The notes below the pieces were generated by a model, which saw only the letters and a list, made by a program, of their open reading frames with translations, did not search any database and was not told the DNA's origin. Of a DNA stretch of 64,000 bases, positions 26,609 to 39,325 are shown piece after piece (position 1 is the stretch's first letter; the number at the start of each line of letters is the position of its first letter). The stretch comes from the human T2T-CHM13v2.0 reference genome, Homo sapiens, in the NCBI RefSeq assembly GCF_009914755.1, contig NC_060925.1; one strand, given 5' to 3'. The translations under genes and the position numbers were made by a program.

Positions 26609-28144
26609 AAGTAAGCTCAGCGAGTTGGCCGGGTGACACACTGATGAAGGGGTCAAAGGACACTCTGAGTTAGTGCCCTCGGGACACACAGCGAACAGTG
26701 ATCATGAAAAGAGTGGGCTCAATAATTTTCCATAAACTTGCTCAAGATTCCATGCAGTTGCCATACAGCCTTTGAGGTATGGTCAACCTATAGTAAGTTA
26801 GTAAATGATAAGGGGAGGAAGAAATGGAAACCTAAACATCTACTGCAATGAAAACCAACAGCAATGTCAGGAGGAGTAATTCAACCTTCGTTGAAAACAT
26901 GAAATTGAACACACTCTTGTTTTCCCTGGACCTGGCATCTCCAGGTGTCAACACAGAATTAAGCATCCATAATTGCTCAAAGTTACCTGGGGCATGATGG
27001 GTCTTGGTCTTCTTCCACTTCTTGGTACTTTTCAATTTCTGCAATAAGTTCAGACATGGACAGACATATTAAGCTGGTTCTCCTACACACATAACAATCC
27101 ACTGTCTAATCCTCACACAGGGACTTCAGGCTCCTCAGCATGAGAATAGGACACTGTGAGAGGTAGTCTTCAGGAGGCCTGAAGGCTGATCACCATAGAG
27201 ATTCCTTGGTTTTTGTCCCAGAAACTGTGGGTAAAATTCCCTATTCTGGTAGATCGTTATCCCAATATCATTTGTCCCAAGTTTGTGCAAATGGTTATGC
27301 CATATTTTTCCAATCGATTTAAAGCAAATGCCCCCAAATGGTTGCTAGGAGAAAAACTGCACTATTCAGCCCTGTCTCATCAAATACTCAGATTGTTCAC
27401 GGTAGCGAGGATTTTAGACGCTGAAATTAGAGTGAAGGATGAAATCTACAAGATCTACAAAATTGAGACAAAATCAGAGTTGTGTGAATTTGTCACATCT
27501 GCCCAGGTCCAACGTCATGAGAGTAGGATTAGGGCGCCACAGGCATGGCCTGAGACTAGGAAGAGAGCCTTGCTCACTGACCCATCCCTTGTCTGGGCTT
27601 CCAAGTGGAACTAGAGTTTCATTCAACCTACATGTGCCTATAGGACCTCCCTGTGGCAATGACATCTCTCAGCTCAGTAAGGGCCACTTGCAGTAGGAAT
27701 ATGACCCTAACCAGAACACTCAGTGGATCCTTATCACCTTCATAGAAAGGTACTCACCATCCATGTCAACAGCCAAGCCAACACGCTGTTGCTCCAATAC
27801 GTAAAAGGCACTTCTGTAGGGCTGGCATGAGTCAGTCAGTTCAAGACAACCTGAAGGAGTTGAATAACATCTATCCAGTGAGTCCTGCAAGACTTCAGGC
27901 CCTTTCTCATCCAGCAGCTCCCTGCTGAGCCTGGAAAAGTGGGAAAAAGTAAAGAATAAGCCAGGGGGAATCAGAAACCACACAGCCCCAGCTAGATTTC
28001 ATGGCTAACGTAAGGAAGAGTTTGAAAAGAAAAAGGACAGATCCATTAATGAGGTAACAAATTATTGCCTTTATGTTGGGATAGAACAGGGCCAGGTAGA
28101 AAACAATGAAAGAGAAAGACAGAGAGAGAGAGAGAGACAGAGAC

Positions 28145-28175
<31 letters not shown>

Positions 28176-29758
28176 CAGAGAGAAAGTGACCTAGTGAATT
28201 GGCCAGGTGACATACTGGTAAGGGAGTAAAAGGACACTCTGACTTAGTGCCCTCATGACACACAGCAAACTGTGATCATGAAAAGAGTGAGCTCAATAGT
28301 TTTCCATAAAATATGCTCAAAATTCGATGCAGTGGCCATGAGAGTACAGCTTTTGAAGTATGGTCAACCTATGGTACGTTAGGAAATGATAAGGGGAGGA
28401 AGAAATGGAAACCTAAACATCTACTGCAATGAAAACCAACAGCAATGACAGTAGGAGTAATTCAGCCTTCGCTGAAAACATGTCATCAAACACACTCTGG
28501 TTTCCCTGAATCTGTTGCCTCCAGGTGTTAACACAGAATTAAGCATCCACAATTGCTGAAAGTCACCTGGGGCATGGTGGGTTTTGATCTTCTTCCCCTT
28601 CTTTTCTTCCCCTTCTTCTTTCCTTCTTTGATCTTCTTCCCCTTCTTTTCTTCCCCTTCCCCTTCTTTTCAATTTCTGCAATAAATTCAGACATGGACAG
28701 ACACATTAAGCTGATTCCCCTACACACATAACAATCCACTGTCTAATCCTCACACAGGGACCTCAGGCTCCTCAGCATAAGAATAGGACACTGTGAGAGA
28801 TATATTTCAGGAGGCCTGAAGGCTGGTCATGATAGAAATTCCTCGGTTTTTCTCCCAGAAACTGTGGGTAAAATGTCCCTATTCTAGTAGATCGTTATCC
28901 CAATATCATTTGTCCCAAGTTTGTGCAAACAGTTACGCCATATTTTTCCAATCAACTTAAAGCAAATACCCTCAAATGATTTCTAGGAGAAAAACTGCAA
29001 TATTTAGCCCTGTCTCATCAAATACTCAGATTGTTCATGGTTGTGAGGACTTTAGACACTGAAATTAGAGTGAAAAAGGAAATCTACAAACCCTTGAGTC
29101 AAAATCATAGTTCTCTGAATTTGTCACATCTGCCCAGGTCCAATGTCATGAGAATAGGATCAGGGCGCCACAGGTATGGCCTGAGACTAGGAAGAGAGTC
29201 TTGCTCACTGACCCATCCCTTGTCTGGGCTTCCAGGTAGAACTAGAGTTTCATTCAACCTACATGTGCCTATAGGTCCTCCCTGTGGCAATGACATCTCT
29301 CAGCTCAGTAATGGCCACTTGGAGCAGGAATATGATCTTTATATGGAAGACTCAGTGGATCCTTATCACCTTCATAGAAAGGTACTCACCTCCCACGTCA
29401 AGAGAAAAGCCAACATGTTTTTCCTCCAATGCATAAAAGGAACTTCCATAGGGCTGGCAGGAGTCAGGCTGTTCAAGACAACTGGAAGGAGTTGAATAAC
29501 ATCTATCCAGTGAGTCCTGCAAGACTTCAGGCTCTACTACCTCCAGCAGCTCCCTGCTGAGCCTGGAAAAGGAGGAAAAAGTAAAGAATAAGCCAGGGGA
29601 AATCAGACACAACAGAGCCCCAACTAGGTTTCATGGGTAGCATAGGGAAGTGGTTAAAAAACTAAAAGGATAGATCCATTAATGAGGTAACAAATTATTG
29701 CCTTCATGTTGGGACAGAACAGGGCCAAATGGAAAAGAATGAAAGAGAAAGACAGATA

Positions 29759-29803
<45 letters not shown>

Positions 29804-32800
29804 ACACACACACACAGAGAGAGAGAACGAGCTCAGTGAATTGTCCAGGTGACACACTGATGAGGGAGTAACAGGACACTCTGAGTTAGTGCCCTCAGGA
29901 CACACAGCATACAGGGATCATGAAAAGACTGTGCTCAATAATTTTCCATAAAATGTGCTCAAGTTTCCATGCAGTCGCCATGAGAATACAGTTTTTGAAG
30001 TCTGGTCCACCTACAGTAGGTTAGTAAATGATAAGGGGAGGAAGAAATGGAAACCTAAATATCTACTGCAATGAAAACCAACAGCAATGTTAGTAGGAAT
30101 AATTCAGGCTTGCTGGAAAAGATGTAATCGATAATGTCAGCCCGCTCTGTTTTCCCTGAACCAGGAGTCTCCAGATGTCAACACAGAAGTAGCTGTTCAC
30201 AATTGCTCAGTTACCTGGGGCATGGTGGGCCTTGGTCTTCTTCCTCTTCTTGGTCCTTTTTAGTTCCTGCAATACATTCAGACAGGGACAGACAAAATAA
30301 GCCAATTCACCTACACCCATAACAGTCCACTGTCTAATCCCCACACAGGGATCTCAGGCTCCTCAGCATGAGAACAGGACAATGTGAGAGAGATACTTCA
30401 GGAGGCCTGAAAGCTGGTCATGATATTCTTTGGTTTGCATCTCAGAACCAAGGGTGAAATATCCCCATTCTGGTAGATCGTTATCCCAAAATCATTTATC
30501 CCAAGTTTGTGCAAACAGTTATGCCTTATTGTTCCCATCAGTTCAAAGAAAATGCCCCAGATGATTTCTAGGAGGAAAACTGCAGTATTCAGCCCTGTCT
30601 CATCAAATGCCCAGCTCGTTCATGGATGCAAGAATTTTAGACACTGAAATTAGAATGAAGGAGGAAATCTACAAACCCTTCAGTCCAAATCATACTTCTG
30701 TGAATTTTTTACATCTGCCTGGGTCCAATGTGCTGAGAGCGGGCTCAGCTTGCCACAGGCATGGCTGGAGACTAGGAATAGAGCCTTGCTCACTGACCCA
30801 TTTCATGTCTAGGCTTCCAACTGAGACTACAGTTTCATTACAACCTATATGCGCCCATAGGTCCTGCCTGCGGCAATGACATCTCTCGGGTCAGTAAGGG
30901 CCACTTGGAACAGGAATATCACCCCTATCTGGAAGACCAGGTGGAGGCTTATCACCTTCACAGTAAGGTACTCACTGTCCACGTCAAGAGCCAAGCCAAG
31001 GTACTGTTCCTCCAATGAGTAAACAGCACTGCTGTAGGGCTGGCCTAAGTCAGGCAGTTCAAGATAACCTGAAGGAGTCGAATAACATCTATCCAGTGAG
31101 TCCTGCAAGACTTCAGGCTCTTTCTCATCCAGCAGCTCCCTGCTGAGCCTGGAAAAGTAGGAAAAAGTAAAGAATAAGCCAGGGGGAATCAGAAACCACA
31201 CAGCCCCAGCTAGATTTCATGGCTAACATAAGGAACTGTTTAAAAAGAAAAAGGACAGATCCATTAATGAGGTAATGAATTATTGCCTTTATGTTGGGAT
31301 AGACCAGGGCCAGGTAGAAAAGAATGAAAGAGAAAGACAGGGAGAGGGAGGGGGAGAGAGAGAGAGAGAGAGAGAGAGGAGAAAGTAAGCTCAGCGAGTT
31401 GGCCGGGTGACACACTGATGAAGGGGTCAAAGGACACTCTGAGTTAGTGCCCTCGGGACACACAGCGAACAGTGATCATGAAAAGAGTGGGCTCAATAAT
31501 TTTCCATAAACTTGCTCAAGATTCCATGCAGTTGCCATACAGCCTTTGAGGTATGGTCAACCTATAGTAAGTTAGTAAATGATAAGGGGAGGAAGAAATG
31601 GAAACCTAAACATCTACTGCAATGAAAACCAACAGCAATATCAGGAGGAGTAATTCAACCTTCGTTGAAAACATGAAATTGAACACACTCTTGTTTTCCC
31701 TGGACCTGGCATCTCCAGGTGTCAACACAGAATTAAGCATCCATAATTGCTCAAAGTTACCTGGGGCATGATGGGTCTTGGTCTTCTTCCACTTCTTGGT
31801 ACTTTTCAATTTCTGCAATAAGTTCAGACATGGACAGACATATTAAGCTGGTTCTCCTACACACATAACAATCCACTGTCTAATCCTCACACAGGGACTT
31901 CAGGCTCCTCAGCATGAGAATAGGACACTGTGAGAGATAGTCTTCAGGAGGCCTGAAGGCTGATCACCATAGAGATTCCTTGGTTTTTGTCCCAGAAACT
32001 GTGGGTAAAATTCCCTATTCTGGTAGATCGTTATCCCAATATCATTTGTCCCAAGTTTGTGCAAATGGTTATGCCATATTTTTCCAATCGATTTAAAGCA
32101 AATGCCCCCAAATGGTTGCTAGGAGAAAAACTGCACTATTCAGCCCTGTCTCATCAAATACTCAGATTGTTCACGGTAGCGAGGATTTTAGACGCTGAAA
32201 TTAGAGTGAAGGATGAAGTCTACAAGATCTACAAAATTGAGACAAAATCAGAGTTGTGTGAATTTGTCACATCTGCCCAGGTCCAACGTCATGAGAGTAG
32301 GATTAGGGCGCCACAGGCATGGCCTGAGACTAGGAAGAGAGCCTTGCTCACTGACCCATCCCTTGTCTGGGCTTCCAAGTGGAACTAGAGTTTCATTCAA
32401 CCTACATGTGCCTATAGGACCTCCCTGTGGCAATGACATCTCTCAGCTCAGTAAGGGCCACTTGCAGTAGGAATATGACCCTAACCAGAAGACTCAGTGG
32501 ATCCTTATCACCTTCATAGAAAGGTACTCACCATCCATGTCAACAGCCAAGCCAACACGCTGTTGCTCCAATACGTAAAAGGCACTTCTGTAGGGCTGGC
32601 ATGAGTCAGTCAGTTCAAGACAACCTGAAGGAGTTGAATAACATCTATCCAGTGAGTCCTGCAAGACTTCAGGCCCTTTCTCATCCAGCAGCTCCCTGCT
32701 GAGCCTGGAAAAGTGGGAAAAAGTAAAGAATAAGCCAGGGGGAATCAGAAACCACACAGCCCCAGCTAGATTTCATGGCTAACGTAAGGAAGAGTTTGAA

Positions 32801-32918
32801 AAGAAAAAGGACAGATCCATTAATGAGGTAACAAATTATTGCCTTTATGTTGGGATAGAACAGGGCCAGGTAGAAAACAATGAAAGAGAAAGACAGAGAG
32901 AGAGAGAGAGACAGAGAC

Positions 32919-32949
<31 letters not shown>

Positions 32950-34524
32950 AAGTGACCTAGTGAATTGGCCAGGTGACATACTGGTAAGGGAGTAAAAGGA
33001 CACTCTGAGTTAGTGCCCTCATGACACACAGCAAACTGTGATCATGAAAAGAGTGAGCTCAATAGTTTTCCATAAAATATGCTCAAAATTCGATGCAGTA
33101 GCCATGAGAGTACAGCTTTTGAAGTATGGTCAACCTATGGTACGTTAGGAAATGATAAGGGGAGGAAGAAATGGAAACCTAAACATCTACTGCAATGAAA
33201 ACCAACAGCAATGACAGTAGGAGTAATTCAGCCTTCGTTGAAAACATGACATCAAACACACTCTGGTTTCCCTGAATCTGTTGCCTCCAGGTGTTAACAC
33301 AGAATTAAGCATCCACAATTGCTGAAAGTCACCTGGGGCATGGTGGGTTTTGATCTTCTTCCCCTTCTTTTCTTCCCCTTCTTCTTTCCTTCTTTGATCT
33401 TCTTCCCCTTCTTTTCTTCCCCTTCCCCTTCTTTTCAATTTCTGCAATAAATTCAGACATGGACAGACACATTAAGCTGATTCCCCTACACACATAACAA
33501 TCCACTGTCTAATCCTCACACAGGGACCTCAGGCTCCTCAGCATAAGAATAGGACACCGTGAGAGATATATTTCAGGAGGCCTGAAGGCTGGTCATGATA
33601 GAAATTCCTCGGTTTTTCTCCCAGAAACTGTGGGTAAAATGTCCCTATTCTAGTAGATCGTTATCCCAATATCATTTGTCCCAAGTTTGTGCAAACAGTT
33701 ATGCCATATTTTTCCAATCAACTTAAAGCAAATACCCTCAAATGATTTCTAGGAGAAAAACTGCAATATTTAGCCCTGTCTCATCAAATACTCAGATTGT
33801 TCATGGTTGTGAGGACTTTAGACACTGAAATTAGAGTGAAAAAGGAAATCTACAAACCCTTGAGTCAAAATCATAGTTCTCTGAATTTGTCACATCTGCC
33901 CAGGTCCAATGTCATGAGGATAGGATCAGGGCGCCACAGGTATGGCCTGAGACTAGGAAGAGAGTCTTGCTCACTGACCCATCCCTTGCCTGGGCTTCCA
34001 GGTAGAACTAGAGTTTCATTCAACCTACATGTGCCTATAGGTCCTCCCTGTGGCAATGACATCTCTCAGCTCAGTAATGGCCACTTGGAGCAGGAATATG
34101 ATCTTTATATGGAAGACTCAGTGGATCCTTATCACCTTCATAGAAAGGTACTCACCTCCCACGTCAAGAGAAAAGCCAACATGTTTTTCCTCCAATGCAT
34201 AAAAGGAACTTCCATAGGGCTGGCAGGAGTCAGGCTGTTCAAGACAACTGGAAGGAGTTGAATAACATCTATCCAGTGAGTCCTGCAAGACTTCAGGCTC
34301 TACTACCTCCAGCAGCTCCCTGCTGAGCCTGGAAAAGGAGGAAAAAGTAAAGAATAAGCCAGGGGAAATCAGACACAACAGAGCCCCAACTAGGTTTCAT
34401 GGGTAGCATAGGGAAGTGGTTAAAAAACTAAAAGGATAGATCCATTAATGAGGTAACAAATTATTGCCTTCATGTTGGGACAGAACAGGGCCAAATGGAA
34501 AAGAATGAAAGAGAAAGACAGATA

Positions 34525-34561
<37 letters not shown>

Positions 34562-36101
34562 ACACACACACAGAGAGAGAACGAGCTCAGTGAATTGTCC
34601 AGGTGACACACTGATGAGGGAGTAACAGGACACTCTGAGTTAGTGCCCTCAGGACACACAGCATACAGGGATCATGAAAAGACTGTGCTCAATAATTTTC
34701 CATAAAATGTGCTCAAGTTTCCATGCAGTCGCCATGAGAATACAGTTTTTGAAGTCTGGTCCACCTACAGTAGGTTAGTAAATGATAAGGGGAGGAAGAA
34801 ATGGAAACCTAAATATCTACTGCAATGAAAACCAACAGCAATGTTAGTAGGAATAATTCAGGCTTGCTGGAAAAGATGTAATCGATAATGTCAGCCCGCT
34901 CTGTTTTCCCTGAACCAGGAGTCTCCAGATGTCAACACAGAAGTAGCTGTTCACAATTGCTCAGTTACCTGGGGCATGGTGGGCCTTGGTCTTCTTCCTC
35001 TTCTTGGTCCTTTTTAGTTCCTGCAATACATTCAGACAGGGACAGACAAAATAAGCCAATTCACCTACACCCATAACAGTCCACTGTCTAATCCCCACAC
35101 AGGGATCTCAGGCTCCTCAGCATGAGAACAGGACAATGTGAGAGAGATACTTCAGGAGGCCTGAAAGCTGGTCATGATATTCTTTGGTTTGCATCTCAGA
35201 ACCAAGGGTGAAATATCCCCATTCTGGTAGATCGTTATCCCAAAATCATTTATCCCAAGTTTGTGCAAACAGTTATGCCTTATTGTTCCCATCAGTTCAA
35301 AGAAAATGCCCCAGATGATTTCTAGGAGGAAAACTGCAGTATTCAGCCCTGTCTCATCAAATGCCCAGCTCGTTCATGGATGCAAGAATTTTAGACACTG
35401 AAATTAGAATGAAGGAGGAAATCTACAAACCCTTCAGTCCAAATCATACTTCTGTGAATTTTTTACATCTGCCTGGGTCCAATGTGCTGAGAGCGGGCTC
35501 AGCTTGCCACAGGCATGGCTGGAGACTAGGAATAGAGCCTTGCTCACTGACCCATTTCATGTCTAGGCTTCCAACTGAGACTACAGTTTCATTACAACCT
35601 ATATGCGCCCATAGGTCCTGCCTGCGGCAATGACATCTCTCGGGTCAGTAAGGGCCACTTGGAACAGGAATATCACCCCTATCTGGAAGACCAGGTGGAG
35701 GCTTATCACCTTCACAGTAAGGTACTCACTGTCCACGTCAAGAGCCAAGCCAAGGTACTGTTCCTCCAATGAGTAAACAGCACTGCTGTAGGGCTGGCCT
35801 AAGTCAGGCAGTTCAAGATAACCTGAAGGAGTCGAATAACATCTATCCAGTGAGTCCTGCAAGACTTCAGGCTCTTTCTCATCCAGCAGCTCCCTGCTGA
35901 GCCTGGAAAAGTAGGAAAAAGTAAAGAATAAGCCAGGGGGAATCAGAAACCACACAGCCCCAGCTAGATTTCATGGCTAACATAAGGAACTGTTTAAAAA
36001 GAAAAAGGACAGATCCATTAATGAGGTAATGAATTATTGCCTTTATGTTGGGATAGACCAGGGCCAGGTAGAAAAGAATGAAAGAGAAAGACAGGGAGAG
36101 G

Positions 36102-36136
<35 letters not shown>

Positions 36137-37672
36137 AAGTAAGCTCAGCGAGTTGGCCGGGTGACACACTGATGAAGGGGTCAAAGGACACTCTGAGTTA
36201 GTGCCCTCGGGACACACAGCGAACAGTGATCATGAAAAGAGTGGGCTCAATAATTTTCCATAAACTTGCTCAAGATTCCATGCAGTTGCCATACAGCCTT
36301 TGAGGTATGGTCAACCTATAGTAAGTTAGTAAATGATAAGGGGAGGAAGAAATGGAAACCTAAACATCTACTGCAATGAAAACCAACAGCAATATCAGGA
36401 GGAGTAATTCAACCTTCGTTGAAAACATGAAATTGAACACACTCTTGTTTTCCCTGGACCTGGCATCTCCAGGTGTCAACACAGAATTAAGCATCCATAA
36501 TTGCTCAAAGTTACCTGGGGCATGATGGGTCTTGGTCTTCTTCCACTTCTTGGTACTTTTCAATTTCTGCAATAAGTTCAGACATGGACAGACATATTAA
36601 GCTGGTTCTCCTACACACATAACAATCCACTGTCTAATCCTCACACAGGGACTTCAGGCTCCTCAGCATGAGAATAGGACACTGTGAGAGATAGTCTTCA
36701 GGAGGCCTGAAGGCTGATCACCATAGAGATTCCTTGGTTTTTGTCCCAGAAACTGTGGGTAAAATTCCCTATTCTGGTAGATCGTTATCCCAATATCATT
36801 TGTCCCAAGTTTGTGCAAATGGTTATGCCATATTTTTCCAATCGATTTAAAGCAAATGCCCCCAAATGGTTGCTAGGAGAAAAACTGCACTATTCAGCCC
36901 TGTCTCATCAAATACTCAGATTGTTCACGGTAGCGAGGATTTTAGACGCTGAAATTAGAGTGAAGGATGAAGTCTACAAGATCTACAAAATTGAGACAAA
37001 ATCAGAGTTGTGTGAATTTGTCACATCTGCCCAGGTCCAACGTCATGAGAGTAGGATTAGGGCGCCACAGGCATGGCCTGAGACTAGGAAGAGAGCCTTG
37101 CTCACTGACCCATCCCTTGTCTGGGCTTCCAAGTGGAACTAGAGTTTCATTCAACCTACATGTGCCTATAGGACCTCCCTGTGGCAATGACATCTCTCAG
37201 CTCAGTAAGGGCCACTTGCAGTAGGAATATGACCCTAACCAGAAGACTCAGTGGATCCTTATCACCTTCATAGAAAGGTACTCACCATCCATGTCAACAG
37301 CCAAGCCAACACGCTGTTGCTCCAATACGTAAAAGGCACTTCTGTAGGGCTGGCATGAGTCAGTCAGTTCAAGACAACCTGAAGGAGTTGAATAACATCT
37401 ATCCAGTGAGTCCTGCAAGACTTCAGGCCCTTTCTCATCCAGCAGCTCCCTGCTGAGCCTGGAAAAGTGGGAAAAAGTAAAGAATAAGCCAGGGGGAATC
37501 AGAAACCACACAGCCCCAGCTAGATTTCATGGCTAACGTAAGGAAGAGTTTGAAAAGAAAAAGGACAGATCCATTAATGAGGTAACAAATTATTGCCTTT
37601 ATGTTGGGATAGAACAGGGCCAGGTAGAAAACAATGAAAGAGAAAGACAGAGAGAGAGAGAGAGACAGAGAC

Positions 37673-37705
<33 letters not shown>

Positions 37706-39280
37706 AAGTGACCTAGTGAATTGGCCAGGTGACATACTGGTAAGGGAGTAAAAGGACACTCTGAGTTAGTGCCCTCATGACACACAGCAAACTGTGATCA
37801 TGAAAAGAGTGAGCTCAATAGTTTTCCATAAAATATGCTCAAAATTCGATGCAGTGGCCATGAGAGTACAGCTTTTGAAGTATGGTCAACCTATGGTACG
37901 TTAGTAAATGATAAGGGGAGGAAGAAATGGAAACCTAAACATCTACTGCAATGAAAACCAACAGCAATGACAGTAGGAGTAATTCAGCCTTCGTTGAAAA
38001 CATGACATCAAACACACTCTGGTTTCCCTGAATCTGTTGCCTCCAGGTGTTAACACAGAATTAAGCATCCACAATTGCTGAAAGTCACCTGGGGCATGGT
38101 GGGGTTTGATCTTCTTCCCCTTCTTTTCTTCCCCTTCTTCTTTCCTTCTTTGATCTTCTTCCCCTTCTTTTCTTCCCCTTCCCCTTCTTTTCAATTTCTG
38201 CAATAAATTCAGACATGGACAGACACATTAAGCTGATTCCCCTACACACATAACAATCCACTGTCTAATCCTCACACAGGGACCTCAGGCTCCTCAGCAT
38301 AAGAATAGGACACCGTGAGAGATATATTTCAGGAGGCCTGAAGGCTGGTCATGATAGAAATTCCTCGGTTTTTCTCCCAGAAACTGTGGGTAAAATGTCC
38401 CTATTCTAGTAGATCGTTATCCCAATATCATTTGTCCCAAGTTTGTGCAAACAGTTATGCCATATTTTTCCAATCAACTTAAAGCAAATACCCTCAAATG
38501 ATTTCTAGGAGAAAAACTGCAATATTTAGCCCTGTCTCATCAAATACTCAGATTGTTCATGGTTGTGAGGACTTTAGACACTGAAATTAGAGTGAAAAAG
38601 GAAATCTACAAACCCTTGAGTCAAAATCATAGTTCTCTGAATTTGTCACATCTGCCCAGGTCCAATGTCATGAGGATAGGATCAGGGCGCCACAGGTATG
38701 GCCTGAGACTAGGAAGAGAGTCTTGCTCACTGACCCATCCCTTGCCTGGGCTTCCAGGTAGAACTAGAGTTTCATTCAACCTACATGTGCCTATAGGTCC
38801 TCCCTGTGGCAATGACATCTCTCAGCTCAGTAATGGCCACTTGGAGCAGGAATATGATCTTTATATGGAAGACTCAGTGGATCCTTATCACCTTCATAGA
38901 AAGGTACTCACCTCCCACGTCGAGAGAAAAGCCAACATGTTTTTCCTCCAATGCATAAAAGGAACTTCCATAGGGCTGGCAGGAGTCAGGCTGTTCAAGA
39001 CAACTGGAAGGAGTTGAATAACATCTATCCAGTGAGTCCTGCAAGACTTCAGGCTCTACTACCTCCAGCAGCTCCCTGCTGAGCCTGGAAAAGGAGGAAA
39101 AAGTAAAGAATAAGCCAGGGGAAATCAGACACAACAGAGCCCCAACTAGGTTTCATGGGTAGCATAGGGAAGTGGTTAAAAAACTAAAAGGATAGATCCA
39201 TTAATGAGGTAACAAATTATTGCCTTCATGTTGGGACAGAACAGGGCCAAATGGAAAAGAATGAAAGAGAAAGACAGATA

Positions 39281-39325
<45 letters not shown>

